Shown in pieces: positions 38,201-49,090 of a stretch of 64,000 nucleotides of DNA. Origin of the DNA: Hydrolagus affinis (Eukaryota); contig JAAILG010000201.1 in assembly GCA_012026655.1 (NCBI GenBank), positions 1-64,000 of the forward strand. Reading direction: 5' to 3'. The position numbers were made by a program, and so were the translations under genes. The notes beneath the pieces were generated by a model, which ran no database searches, was not told the DNA's origin, and saw only the letters and a program-made list of their open reading frames with translations. Each line of letters begins with the position of its first letter. Position 1 is the first letter of the stretch.

Positions 38201-41200
38201 ATAATTTCTTCTTGTGGTGATAGATTTGCTGAACTTAATGTACTATATTATTTTATCATAATATAATAAAACAGCAAAATATTGGGCAAGTTTCTTTACT
38301 CCACACGCCTCTGTTTACCTAGTACTGTAGTAAGTAGGAACTCGGTTTTTAGTCGATTGGTGGATCACTTTTCCTGGGATAATAATCCTTCAAAAAATAT
38401 TAATAATTTGGTCACGAAAATCTATGACTGTTTGAGGGACACTGCTGGGTGCAATTGGCTACCACGTTTCGCCCTCAAATATACAGTCAATTTACTTTAC
38501 AGTATATTCTGTGAAGCGCATTGAGACTAACCTGCCCGATCCCTCCTCTCAGTGGGCTCCGGCCTTCTCCATGTCCCACAACCCACCCACCTCACCATCA
38601 GTGGGCAAGCCTTCAGCTACTCTGCCCCCAACCTCTGCAATTCCATCCTGCAATCCCTCTGCCTTTGATATTCCCATCGATCACCCCAAATCCCCTCCTT
38701 TCCCTCCACTGTCCCTGACCCTAACTTGGGCCTGACTTTCCAGCTTGGGACATCCTCCCAACATGAAAGGTGCTATACATATGTAATTTTTGTTGTCTAG
38801 AAGATGTGAAAAGCGTTATATCAAATCCAAGGATTATAAGAATAATACAGATTGCATTCTGTATATCTCTTTATGGTCAAACTCAACTTTTTCTTTGCAG
38901 AGGCCTGCCAACAGATAGGTATATGTGGAGCGATGCATCAGGCTTACAGGAATGTACAAAGACACACACTAAACCACCGTCACAGTGGATATGGGTAAGA
39001 GTATCTTACAGTATGCCTTTGTGGTCACAGTGACTTGCAATGTTTCTTAAATCTGTTTCACTGACCAGCCCACTGAAACAGCTTCTGACCAAGTTAAAAT
39101 GGAAGCAGTATACTTGCTGCTTTTTGTTTCTTCTCATCTTGCAGCACAAAACTGAGTCCCCAATGATCTCAATGGTTCTGAAATCATCTGCAGTCCTCTT
39201 CCTCTGTCTTCCAAATGTCATTGTAAAATGCATTTACTAAAAGTAACAAATGGCAAGAAATTTCATGCTTTCAGAAGCTTATTTGAAAGCATTGCTGGAA
39301 GTAGGAGGGATTGTTCTGAGTTTGAAGGTAAATAATATTTTTGGGGCAGTTTATATTGGGAGATGTTACTCTGGTGTGAATGCTTGACAGGTTACTTGCG
39401 GAGGAAGCGAGGTGAAGGGACTGTTGGGATGGAATTCCAGAGAGTGAGGGCAGAGAGGCTGAAAACCCAGCCACTGATGGTAGTAGGGCGGGTTGGGTGG
39501 GAGATATGGAGCAGACCGGAGCCCGCTGAACAGGGCCCACTGATAGGGATGCAAACATGCTTCTATCTCATAAGAACATAAGAATTAGGAGCAGGAGTAG
39601 GCCATTCGGCCCTTCGAGCCTGCTCCGCCATTCAATAAGATCATGGCTGATCTTCTCACCTAACTTTGATTACCTGCCCTATCCCCATATCCCCTGATCC
39701 CTCAATTTTTCAAAAATCTATCAGTCTCAGCTTTGAAAATGTTCAAGGACTGAGCATCTACAGCCTTCTGGGGTAGTGAATTTATGGAATTCACTACCCC
39801 AGAAGGGTGAATTCCATAAATTCACTACCCTCTGAGTGAAGAAATGTTTCCTCAACTCTGTTCTAAAAGGCTGATCCTTAATTTTAAGACTGTGGTTATA
39901 GATTCTCCTACCGGGGAAACAGTCCCTCAGTGCCTGCTTTATCTAGCCCTTTAAGAATCTTATATGTTTCAATAAGATCCCCCCTAATTCTTCTGTACTC
40001 CAGAGAATACAGCCCGAGTTTATTCAGCAGCTGCCAGCTCTGTAAATGTCATTTAGAAGACAGGATTTTTGAAGCTATGATGAAATGCTGTGTGTGTTTT
40101 GTTGCCAGGCCTCTGATTGGTATATTGATTTCAACACTCCAGGTGGGACTGACAGGGAAGGCTGGCAGTTTGCAGCAGATTTTCCTGCGTAAGTATCTGT
40201 CTGGAACCGTAATAAATTGATCTTGACACCTCTGAATCTTGCACAGTACTTGAAATTTCTTAACTTATACAGAAATAGTATTGTCTTCGCACAATTTGTA
40301 AATTCTTGTATGTTGTCTAAACTTGGAGTGCACTTAAAACTGTTTTGGGCATGAATCATAAGCTGGTCCTTTCTTCGGTTGCTCTAAACTGATGTATCAA
40401 TTTTAGACACTTTTGAAGTGCTAAATATTATTTTCTGTTCTAAATAGCTACCTTTACATAGCCACTTAAATAGTCCTTTTTTCATTAAAATTCATAGTAT
40501 GGAGACCAAAGAAAGCATGTGGTAAATATTGGCTTTTAAAACATGCTAATTAAATGAGGTAAATTATATGTCACCACTGATCAGTAGCAATGATCACTCT
40601 GACTTTAGAAATGGAACAAATAATATATTTCTGGAGGGCATGAAAAGGTTGTTGATATTTTCAAAAGAGCACAAAGCAGTTGAAAAGGAAATCTGCTGCT
40701 ACCATGCAATGTATGTAGTACAATGAATGTACGTACTGTACTACATTGTGAAGGTGATGAAAGATTTGTAGATATTCGTCGAACTTTTATATTAAATAAT
40801 TGTTTCTAAAAATTCCAGCACTATCCAAAAAATGTTTTAATATAGTACATGTAAGTTGCATCCCTTCATTACCCTACAAAAATTTCTGTTTCAGCTCTTA
40901 TCACGGATATAAGACAATAAAGGATTTTGTAAGACGGCGGCGTTGGGCAAGGTGAATATTGAAACTTAAGAGTTTGTTGTAAATCTTTTATTTCAATTTA
41001 ACTTTTTAAACCTACAAATCTATTTTCACGCAGTGAGTTGTTCGGATCTGGAATGCATTCCTGAACAGATGGTGGAAGTCAATTCATAATTAACTTTTAA
41101 AGAGAGAAGTGGATAGTTAGTTGGGGAGGACAGGTCTGCAAGGCTATGGGGTGGGGTGCGGGGGAGTGGGATTGATTTGGACAGCTCTTTTCAAGGAGCC

Positions 41201-44200
41201 GGCACAGACACGATGGGCTGAATTGCCTCTTTTTGTGCTATATAATTCTGTGATTCGATAGAGAACATATCAGTGTTAGAATAGAAAACTGAATAACTAC
41301 TCTTTTCTATTTTGCATTGGTAGAAAGTGTAAAATAGTTACCACAGGACCCTGGTTTGAAGTTCCACCTGTACAACTTCGGGATATCTCACTGATTCCAA
41401 GTTTTGCACAGAAGGTGGATGACGAAGCAGCACTTTGGGCTATCAGCAGCAAAGGAGATGTCTTGTGTAGGCTTGGAGTGACAAAACAAAACAAAACAGT
41501 AAGCAAACACATTTTAAACTGATCCTTACTTAACAGTCCTCTCTTCCAATGACTTAAAAAACAGGCATATGATTGAGGTTGGGGGATAGTAGAGAGTTAT
41601 TGTTATCTAGAGATGCATTCACCTTGACAGACATACACAACGTATTAGTTGTTTGTGTTGATGTCCTGTAAAATCAAAGTAATCTTGAACATTTTTCACA
41701 TGGTGAATGTTGGGTTCAGTGGGCTATTATTCCCACATTTATACATTCAAATGTGGGATGTGTCCTTGGCCCCTTACTTTTCAACATCTACATGCTCCCA
41801 CTTGGTGACATCATCCGCAGACATGGGGTTAACTTCCCCCCACCTCGCCCTCTTCCTGGCCTCCTTCAAGTCCCACCTCAAAACTCTCCCAAGTATAATT
41901 TTGTTGTTGTTGTCATACAACATTAATATTTTTCAATAGTAAGATAACCTTTGCTATCCTGCAGTCTTGTGGAGCAGCTTTTATATAACTGAACAATGCC
42001 CATCCTTCAACAACAACAAGTTGCATTTATACAGCAAGGATATCCCAACATGAAAGAAACTGGACAATCGAGGGGTTGATCCAGGTGTCTCCAGTAATTA
42101 TATATAGCCAGGGTGTTTTCAATAAAACTCTTGACCGACAGGCAAAACTTTTTCTCCAACTTAGAGTACATTTACTAACAGCACAACGCCTTGTGAGCAC
42201 AATCTTGAGATAAATGATTGTAGACCAATTCAGCTTCCACACTCATTTGTAAAATAGGATGTGAAAACACCAGTGACATTTTCTGTCCCTCTTAATAGTT
42301 TATTCAACTCCATCTGTTATCATCTGCAGTCCATCTGCAGTGTCTTGGGATGCCCTCCTGATGTGAACTGTGCTATACAAATGTAATTTGTTGTTGTTCT
42401 ATTTGCCTTTTCTAACGCAAAATTTATTCACAAATTAATTTTGTAAAACTCCTAGATCCAACACGTATTTTTCTTGCATCTTTTCAAATGTTTGCTCTTA
42501 TCCTGCTTCTAATTCTAACTACTCCCTTATTCAGCCAATGGGCCATTGTTGATTATTAGTATGTGGACTAATCTTTTTAGCTTTCTATTTTTCCATATTC
42601 CCTAATAAATTTCACTCAAACACCTCGTTTTGGGCTGCCCGTGACAGTGTACTTCACATTCTTGCACCGCTTTGTGATTGAAATTAATTCTACATTTTTT
42701 TAAATAGAGATGTTTCAAGATTGTAGTCTAATCTAAATTCAAATTCAGATTTTACTGTAATTAGAATTTGGGAAATTATTGTTTTAATCACTGGAGGGTT
42801 ATTTAATAATTGCAGCATGTTTTGTAAATTCATTGTGTAGAGCACCAAAACAAAATTTAAATATTAGACTGGATTTCAGGGAACATCATGGCTTCACATT
42901 GGTACAGATCAACCTTTCGTATCCATCTCTATTGGTGCCTACAACCAGGTTTGGGCCATTGCCAGAGATGGTGCTGCTTTCTACCGTGGATCTGTTTCTT
43001 CACAGAACCCTGCAGGTAAACACAACATCATGTTTGGTCCTCAGCTAATCTTTATACCCCACATCCGTGCCATGACCTGCTCTGCCTTCTCTCGCATCCG
43101 CAACACCATCCAACTCCGCCACTGCCTAACACTGCAGGCCGCCAATACTCTCATACACTCATTCATAACATCCAGGCTTCATTATGTAAACTCCTTGATT
43201 GTCAGCTCCTCCTTCTATAGGCTGCAGATCATCCAGAACTCTGCAGCCAGTGTTCTCTCCTGTACGAGGCTCCGTGACCATGTCGTATCCTTGCCCAACT
43301 TCATTGGCTTCCCATCACACAGGATACAACAACCAAATTATAGAGCACCTTTCATGTCGGGAGGACATCCACGCCCTCCAGGGCCTCACTCCCCTCTACC
43401 TCTGCGACTTCCTAACCCCCTACCAACCAGTTCACTCCATCCGCTCAGCGGGCTCTGGCCTGCTGCATGTCCACCCAGCTCACCTGGCCCACCATTGGCG
43501 GGTGGATCTTCACTGTGTCCACACCCTCTGGAACGCAGTCTCTCTGCCTCGCCCCATCCCTTGCCTCCTTCAAGACCCAAGCAAGGCCTCCTCTCCGACC
43601 GTGCTTTCGAACAACTTAAACAAATTTGATTTTATTAGCTGGGCATTTCAAATTTCATAGAGTACTACTTAAACATAAATAGTGTAACACAGTTATACTA
43701 CAAATATCATATCAACCTGTAAAGTAATAAAAAAAACAACTTTTATGCAGTTGTAAAAGTTGAGTAAAGAGTAGCTCCACTAAATGACACTGTTTACTCT
43801 GTGAGAAGCTGCAAGTGTTGCATCACTAATGTTAAGTTGTAAAGAAGCTTACAACTGTTTAAACTGAAGTAAAACATCTTAGAAGATTTGCTTTGCATTG
43901 GATAAAGTTGCAAGTACAGTAATACAAAGTCAAAGAGGTAACAGGTTGCCTCCTAGTGGTGGTTAAGCAGCACTTCTCTAAATCTGAATTGCAGTATTAA
44001 AACTACTTCAACTTGAAAATTATGTGGAATAAACTCAAGCTCTGTAATACAGCCCAATCCTGTGAGATTCAGTTTAACTTGGGTCTGTTTTGGTACAGCA
44101 ATTCCATGGATCATTGCTATATCCTATACGTATTCAAGACTGAGATTGATAGATTTCTTGTGGATAAAGGGATTAAGGGATATGGGGATAAGGCGGGTAG

Positions 44201-47200
44201 GTGGAGATAGAATAGGTTAGCCATGATCTTATTGAATGGCGGGGCAGGCTCAAGAGGCCAAATGGCCTACTCCTGCTCCTAATTCTTATATTCTTATCTT
44301 CTGGCTTCCAGCTGACTGGCCAGCTTCCTGTGCACGGCTCACATGTCCATCACAAGACATGATGTCAGCAACATTTACTGCGCATAGCATCAGTGTGCCA
44401 AGGACTGTATCACTATTCTATAATATGTTTTTTTTTAAAAAGAAGCCTTTCAGATGCATTACTCAGGTATAACGGGCTTTCCTTTGTTCAGTGGATATCT
44501 TGGTAATCTGTATCTTCTGATCGATCCTATTATGATTACTAATACCTTATCTTTGCTCAAATAAATGTTGTAGGAATTCTTCATCGGCCGCTTTTTGTTT
44601 ACTCAGGTGATTGTTGGTACCACATGCCTTCCCCTGCCAAACAGAAACTGAAACAAGTCTCTGTGGGTCAGATGTCTGTGTTCACTGTGGATGGCAATGG
44701 TAAGATGCAGCACAATGTGTATTCATTAACTGGATGCATCAATAATCTGAATTCATTGATGTCAATATGGTAAATAATATAGACAGGGCTATAGGAGTAT
44801 TTCCTGTTATATATAATCCATATTGTCCTGTAGCTCAATGGTTAGAGCATTCGCCTTACAAGTGTGAGACCTGTGTTCGAATTCAGGCAGGTCAGGACAA
44901 AACCTTGGGCAAGTTTCCTTACTCCACACCTAATAATAATCCCTAAAAAAAAAACACAATAATAAAATTGGTCATTTCAATCCACGACTGTTTGTGGGAC
45001 ACTGCTGTGCGCAATTGGCTGCCACGTTTTGCCCACAAATATATGCAGTCAATTCACTTTACAGAATATTCTGTGAAGCGCTTTGAGATATCTAGAAGAT
45101 GTGAAAAGCGCTATATCAAATTCAAGAATTATTATTATTATATGGCCTTCAGAGTCTTGGTTTCTGTTTGGTGAGTTATAGTTCCCAGAGTGAACACCCC
45201 TAAAGTTGTTTTCATGATGCATTCATTCCTATTAAGTTGCAGTGTACATAGCTGCCAAACATATTGAAAATTGACATAATTTTCAATCAGGTGTATTGCC
45301 AGATACAATCCGTTTTATTATTTTTTTGAAAAGCCTTTCAGGTGCATTGTTCAGGTGTAATGAGTTTTCTTTTGTTCAGTGGATTTGAGAGTTATGTGGC
45401 AGTCGCTGGTCAACCTTTTTTGTGTAAATGATTGTTCTTAATATTGATTATATTGATTAATATTTGAATCAATTTGAACAGAGATCATTTGACCCATCAA
45501 GACCACACCAATTCAGTACCACTGCTCCACATTATCCCCATATGCTTTCAAGCAGTAGTCTTTTATATGCCTGTCCATTTCCCTCTTAAAAGACACAATG
45601 CACTCCACCTCCACCACACAACTCAACAACTCAGTGAGTTCATTGGAATTAGGGTCATTCTTATTAATTTAGCTATATTTTTATTTACAACAATATCCAG
45701 TTGCATTTATACAGCATTTTTCACATTGGAAAATATCTCAAAAGTAGATAGAGTGGGAGTCTTGAGTAGGATGGGAAATTGAAGCCAGGACAGACTGATG
45801 GATTTAAATTTTGCTCTCTGACTTTTTAAGAGTTTTGTTTGAAATGATTTTTGACAACCTCAGCATTGTCAGTAAGCATGCATCAACAGCAGAAACATGG
45901 CATCAATTTAGACTAAACTATCAGACACTGAGACAGTGATTGATGTGAGAAATTGCAATGTCGCACTGGTAGGGAAGGGATTGCTCTTCTGATTTAGGAG
46001 ATAAAACATTGTTGAGGCAGGATGGAGAGAGCTTCACTTCAGAAATGTTTGGTGATGTACATGAAGTAACAGAAATACAAAAAATCTAGAGCAAGTCAGT
46101 CAGTTAAAAGAGGAATATTGATGAAGAACCTACTCAAACACTGACCTGTTTCTTCCTGAAAATACTGATTGACCTGCTGTTGGTTTACAGTATGAGTAGT
46201 CTTTCTTTATTTTCACTGACATTCCTCTGCCTTTTCACTGAGAAGAGATGTAACTTAGCTCCTTTTCTGCGGAATGCTAAATTCAATAATTTGGTACTTT
46301 TATTCTAGGTAATTTATGGTATCGCCAAGGAATTGCACCAAGTTATCCGCAAGGCTCCAGCTGGGAATACGTTTCCAATAATGTCCACAAAGTCTCTGTT
46401 GGGCCTCTTGATCAGGTCAGCATTTGATTAAATGCACAAAAATGTATCTGTTTTGTAGATTCGTGATTCACTTTTATTGCATTTTAATATTCTGGTAAAT
46501 TGCACAGACAGAAAATTAGGAGGCATATCTATTCCTTCAAGATTCTCTTTAACTACTTACCTCCATGGAGTGAGTGCATATTCCATTTCAACAATCTGTG
46601 TCTGGGATTTCCACGTGCAGGTGGGATTCCCAGCCTGGTTTGGATTGTCTTAAGCATGGGGATAGTTTTCCTCATGTGCCAGACACCCAGCTAACCTGAA
46701 AAAAAATCTTCAGAACCATCCCTTCCTTCTTCTCTTCTGAATTCCTTTGTCTCTTCTGAATTTAGTTTAAGATATAGATATTGACGACAGGATCTTCTAG
46801 AAATAAAGGGCTCAGATGTTCTCATTTCGGACAAGATTCGAGACAAGGTTTTTGTTTGCGCTGAGCAGCGAGTCAGGAATCTTTCTGAAGCTGCTATTGA
46901 TGAATTTGGGTACTTGTTTATCTACATCTTTTGAAGAATTGGTTTAGGGACCAATAAACCAAAATGATATTCCTTTGATGCAGGTTTGGATAATTGCAGA
47001 CAAGGTCCAAGGTAGCCATAGCTTGAGCTGTGGGACAGTGTGCCACCGAGTTGGAGTCCAGCCACGAGAGCCTATGGGTCACACTTGGGACTACGGAATT
47101 GGAGTAAGTCAAACAAGTTTTAACTACCCTTGTAGTTAAGCATTACAATTTAGAATATCTCTGCACATTATAATAATCAGTCTGGAATAACACTAAAAGT

Positions 47201-48086
47201 ATCAACAATTTCAATATTTTGCTTGCATTTATATAGCAATGTTTCCGAAAGACTACTTTTAATCTCATTTGATGGATTAATGGGTATAGACCCAGTGTAA
47301 TACCATGCCATTTAGACTAGAAAGTTCATGCAATGTTAGCTGATCTCAACCAGGGCACAATTTGGGGCAATATAATTGGTCTCAATGTCTCTGGGACAGG
47401 GAGGGGAAATTCAGGATGGTGTGTACTATGTAGCATCCTGCAAACAAAAAGCTTCCAGTTACTCCGATGTGTTACTCAAATGTGTTAAATTTCGGTCTAA
47501 TTGGTCATTAATTTCAGAGCTATTTATTGGACATTGCTGTGCACACATTGACTGCCTTGTTCATGAGTAACGTACACAGGCACCTGTGCTTTCCAGTAAA
47601 TCCTGTGCCTTGAAAGGCATCATATCAAATGCAATGATTAATTATTAATAATCCTTTTATTTGAATTAGCACGTTTTCACGTCTTCCAGAAGTTTCAAAG
47701 CACTTCACAGACTATACTGTAAAGTGAATTGACTGTATATTTTGTGAGCGAAACGCAGAAGCAAATTGCACACAGCAGCGTCCCACAAACATCTTGGATT
47801 GAGATGACCAATTTGTTACTTATTTTGAGGGATTATTATCATTATTTATTAATTGGGTGTATTCCAATGAGATAACTCTTTAATGTTCTTATCTTTTAAG
47901 GGTGGATGGGACCACATTACAATAAGAGGAACCTCTTTGAAACCTACACATCCTTATGTTCCCCTAACACCCCACAGCACACCATTAAAATCAGCTAATA
48001 AGGAAGGATCTGGTGGCAATAGTTCTATGAGCACTTTAATAGTCAACAACCAGCAGGAACTTCATGAAAATGCTGTTAACTGTTGA
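25979..48086 (+). CDS. TECPR1: TECPR1 (tectonin beta-propeller repeat-containing protein 1), 1209 aa, 24 coding exons
   Basis: Exons sum to 3630 nt with consistent phases and GT-AG introns. Starts [10 protein letters not shown]; two DysF domains (YENQRWNP...RRRRW), TECPR repeats, ATG5-interacting region ([29 protein letters not shown]), PH domain. Confidence 0.97.
26470..26782 (+). mobile_element. tRNA-derived SINE, full length
   Basis: Head GTAGCGCAGTGGTTAGAGCA; family body and tail. Confidence 0.8.
26905..27232 (+). mobile_element. L2-type LINE 3' fragment (second subfamily)
   Basis: Reverse complement of 37214-37770; tail GTGAAGCGCTCTGAGACG...GTTATTATTGTTG. Confidence 0.65.
27389..27571 (+). 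CDS. TECPR1: TECPR1 coding exon 2
   Basis: RWNPVDGY...GEPTEKG. Confidence 0.95.
27758..27880 (+). CDS. TECPR1: TECPR1 coding exon 3
   Basis: [11 protein letters not shown]...DMWAK. Confidence 0.95.
28000..28122 (+). CDS. TECPR1: TECPR1 coding exon 4
   Basis: [15 protein letters not shown]...VQGN; weak donor GTACAG. Confidence 0.9.
29139..29313 (+). CDS. TECPR1: TECPR1 coding exon 5
   Basis: IFYRENV...SREKPK. Confidence 0.93.
29517..29617 (+). CDS. TECPR1: TECPR1 coding exon 6
   Basis: [10 protein letters not shown]...WAISRDRR. Confidence 0.93.
29977..30078 (+). CDS. TECPR1: TECPR1 coding exon 7
   Basis: VWFRRGV...VGLNDQ. Confidence 0.93.
30539..30687 (+). CDS. TECPR1: TECPR1 coding exon 8
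   Basis: [16 protein letters not shown]...SASSLA. Confidence 0.93.
31282..31841 (+). CDS. TECPR1: TECPR1 coding exon 9 (acidic, Ser-rich linker)
   Basis: [11 protein letters not shown]...[14 protein letters not shown]...WFTVHS. Confidence 0.92.
32112..32422 (-). mobile_element. tRNA-derived SINE, full length
   Basis: Ends CCACTGAGCTACAGGACTCC (reverse complement of the head). Confidence 0.8.
33147..33292 (+). CDS. TECPR1: TECPR1 coding exon 10 (ATG5-interacting region)
   Basis: QPLSMQS...[29 protein letters not shown]. Confidence 0.93.
33973..34128 (+). CDS. TECPR1: TECPR1 coding exon 11 (PH)
   Basis: [14 protein letters not shown]...NDEKK. Confidence 0.94.
34705..34854 (+). CDS. TECPR1: TECPR1 coding exon 12 (PH)
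   Basis: YLHLFLNEV...EQEMNDW. Confidence 0.94.
34977..35197. mobile_element. Tc1/mariner (pogo/Tigger-like) MITE, 221 bp
   Basis: TIRs CAGTAAAAGCCCGTTTATCCG / CGGATAAATGGGCTTTTACTG, flanked by TA on both sides. Confidence 0.85.
35572..35729 (+). CDS. TECPR1: TECPR1 coding exon 13
   Basis: LAILNLACC...[16 protein letters not shown]...SDQ. Confidence 0.93.
36449..36802. mobile_element. Second MITE with the same TIR family, about 354 bp
   Basis: CAGTAAAAGCTCATTTATCCG ... GATAAATGGGCTTTTACT. Confidence 0.75.
36856..36983 (+). CDS. TECPR1: TECPR1 coding exon 14
   Basis: [10 protein letters not shown]...[11 protein letters not shown]; weak donor GTTTTC. Confidence 0.92.
37214..37770 (-). mobile_element. 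L2-type LINE 3' fragment
   Basis: ORF 37417-37764: [16 protein letters not shown]...[26 protein letters not shown]. Confidence 0.8.
37990..38092 (+). CDS. TECPR1: TECPR1 coding exon 15
   Basis: [11 protein letters not shown]...[14 protein letters not shown]. Confidence 0.94.
38283..38838 (+). mobile_element. Long-variant SINE interrupted by an L2 fragment (about 38528-38795)
   Basis: SINE breaks after TTGAGAC and resumes at TCTAGAAGATGTG. Confidence 0.75.
38901..38994 (+). CDS. TECPR1: TECPR1 coding exon 16
   Basis: [14 protein letters not shown]...QWIW. Confidence 0.94.
39569..40030 (-). mobile_element. CR1-type LINE 3' region
   Basis: CATAAGAACATAAGAATTAGGAGCAGGAGTAGGCCATTCGGCCC (reverse complement of the tail); preceded by an L2 fragment at about 39360-39545. 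Confidence 0.8.
40109..40188 (+). CDS. TECPR1: TECPR1 coding exon 17
   Basis: ASDWYIDF...[10 protein letters not shown]. Confidence 0.94.
40895..40951 (+). CDS. TECPR1: TECPR1 coding exon 18
   Basis: [18 protein letters not shown]. Confidence 0.93.
41025..41258 (+). mobile_element. CR1-type LINE 3' end
   Basis: Same family as 1-142. Confidence 0.7.
41324..41498 (+). CDS. TECPR1: TECPR1 coding exon 19
   Basis: [10 protein letters not shown]...[16 protein letters not shown]. Confidence 0.93.
42880..43015 (+). CDS. TECPR1: TECPR1 coding exon 20
   Basis: [13 protein letters not shown]...[12 protein letters not shown]. Confidence 0.94.
43029..43613 (+). mobile_element. L2-type LINE ORF2 3' fragment
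   Basis: [13 protein letters not shown]...[13 protein letters not shown]. Confidence 0.8.
43947..43959 (-). promoter_or_regulatory. CTCF-like motif (intronic)
   Basis: Minus-strand CCACTAGGAGGCA; one deviation from consensus. Confidence 0.4.
44125..44298 (+). mobile_element. CR1-type LINE 3' end
   Basis: [15 protein letters not shown] and a TTCTTATATTCTTAT tail. Confidence 0.78.
44607..44699 (+). CDS. TECPR1: TECPR1 coding exon 21
   Basis: DCWYHMPSP...TVDGN. Confidence 0.93.
44825..45140 (+). mobile_element. tRNA-derived SINE, full length
   Basis: A box TAGCTCAATGG, B box GTTCGAATTC, L2-like 3' end, (TAT)n tail. Confidence 0.85.
46309..46415 (+). CDS. TECPR1: TECPR1 coding exon 22
   Basis: NLWYRQGI...SVGPLDQ. 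Confidence 0.94.
46984..47103 (+). CDS. TECPR1: TECPR1 coding exon 23
   Basis: [15 protein letters not shown]...WDYGIG. Confidence 0.94.
47640..47845 (-). mobile_element. tRNA-derived SINE, 3' part
   Basis: Family match. Confidence 0.7.
47901..48086 (+). CDS. TECPR1: TECPR1 coding exon 24 (terminal)
   Basis: [10 protein letters not shown]...HENAVNC*. Confidence 0.92.
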   Translation, partial: GGWDHITIRGTSLKPTHPYVPLTPHSTPLKSANKEGSGGNSSMSTLIVNNQQELHENAVNC

Positions 48087-48769
48087 TAGTTGATATCAGA
48101 ATTGTATCTACTTTCTGTGTTATCGGTCTGAATAACAACTATCATTTTGTCCAGAACAATTTTATCCATCTGAGTCTTACCCATTTATTAAAAAAGAGAA
48201 TATTCTTCCATAATTTTCATGTTAGAGATCAGCAGTGTTATGGACCCACTTCCCAAGTTAAACAAATAATTACAGATCCAAATTTGATTGAAATCCAAGT
48301 GTAGCACAGAAGCAAACCCAGTACAGCTCAGGGGTCAAACCTCTGTCTCTGTGACTCGGCTATTTGCTGGATAATCTCACTGAAGGGATGAGAATAATAA
48401 AGGAATAATAAAAATATTATTGCCCTGAATCTCATGTCTGCTCAGGTACATTCAGTTACATAACCAATCCAAAAAGACTCATTCCTATTGGGAGCATATT
48501 TTTTTTTAAATAAGCTGGAGTTGACATTTATAGTTACTGTTTATCCACAGACTTCTATTGCACATGAAGAATATCAATAGTGCTGAATAAAATTGGATTT
48601 TTGTTATCCATCTAATACTTAATTTGTTACAATTCTAGTATGGGTTTGACTGCCTGACATTGGTTTCTCTAACTCACTATACCCCAGAGGCTTAATTGTC
48701 CACTTACTATAGTACTAAAACTTGAAGTAGACATTTAATGTTTTTTACTATAGTGGTTCCATAGTAAAT

Positions 48770-49090
48770 GCTCCATGTGTTCTAGTCCATACGATCCAAG
48801 GTTGATCCCAAGTCTATTAAATCAGCTGATTGTAACAGTGGGGTCAGTGGAGTTGCTGTAATTGCCTCAGTTATTGTACCAGAGGGAAAAGCATCCAGGC
48901 ATTTCACTCATTATGATCAATTGTTCTTTGACATAAGATTATGCTCCGCTGTGATGCTGCCACGCATACCGTTTAAGCTTCGCAAGTGAAGAACAGGTTG
49001 GGTGAGATACTCGATTGCTACCAATGTCTATGGAACTGTATCCAAACACTCTCCTTCAGTAGAGCATTGAGAGAATTGGGAGGGGAAATT
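48770..49090 (+). mobile_element. Ancient LF-SINE-like element in the TECPR1 3' UTR region
   Basis: Degenerate similarity to the LF-SINE body as recalled; related fragments near 15580-15760 and 47320-47420. Confidence 0.4.

Noticed and set aside
43030-43660. 199-aa and 153-aa ORFs (and similar at 1026, 10276, 13560-14127, 37275-37764, 61538)
   Set aside because: Broken L2/CR1 ORF2 remnants or their alternative frames.
44825-44895. tRNA-like sequences with A and B boxes (also 18826, 26470 and others)
   Set aside because: These are SINE heads; they continue into the SINE body and lack a proper acceptor stem.
48081-48089. TECPR1 ends TGT-TGA-TAG, suggesting a C-terminal Cys-Sec
   Set aside because: The V-N-C end fits a V-x-C terminus as recalled for human (PVCC) without readthrough, and I could not identify a SECIS. 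A SECIS search of the 3' UTR would settle it.
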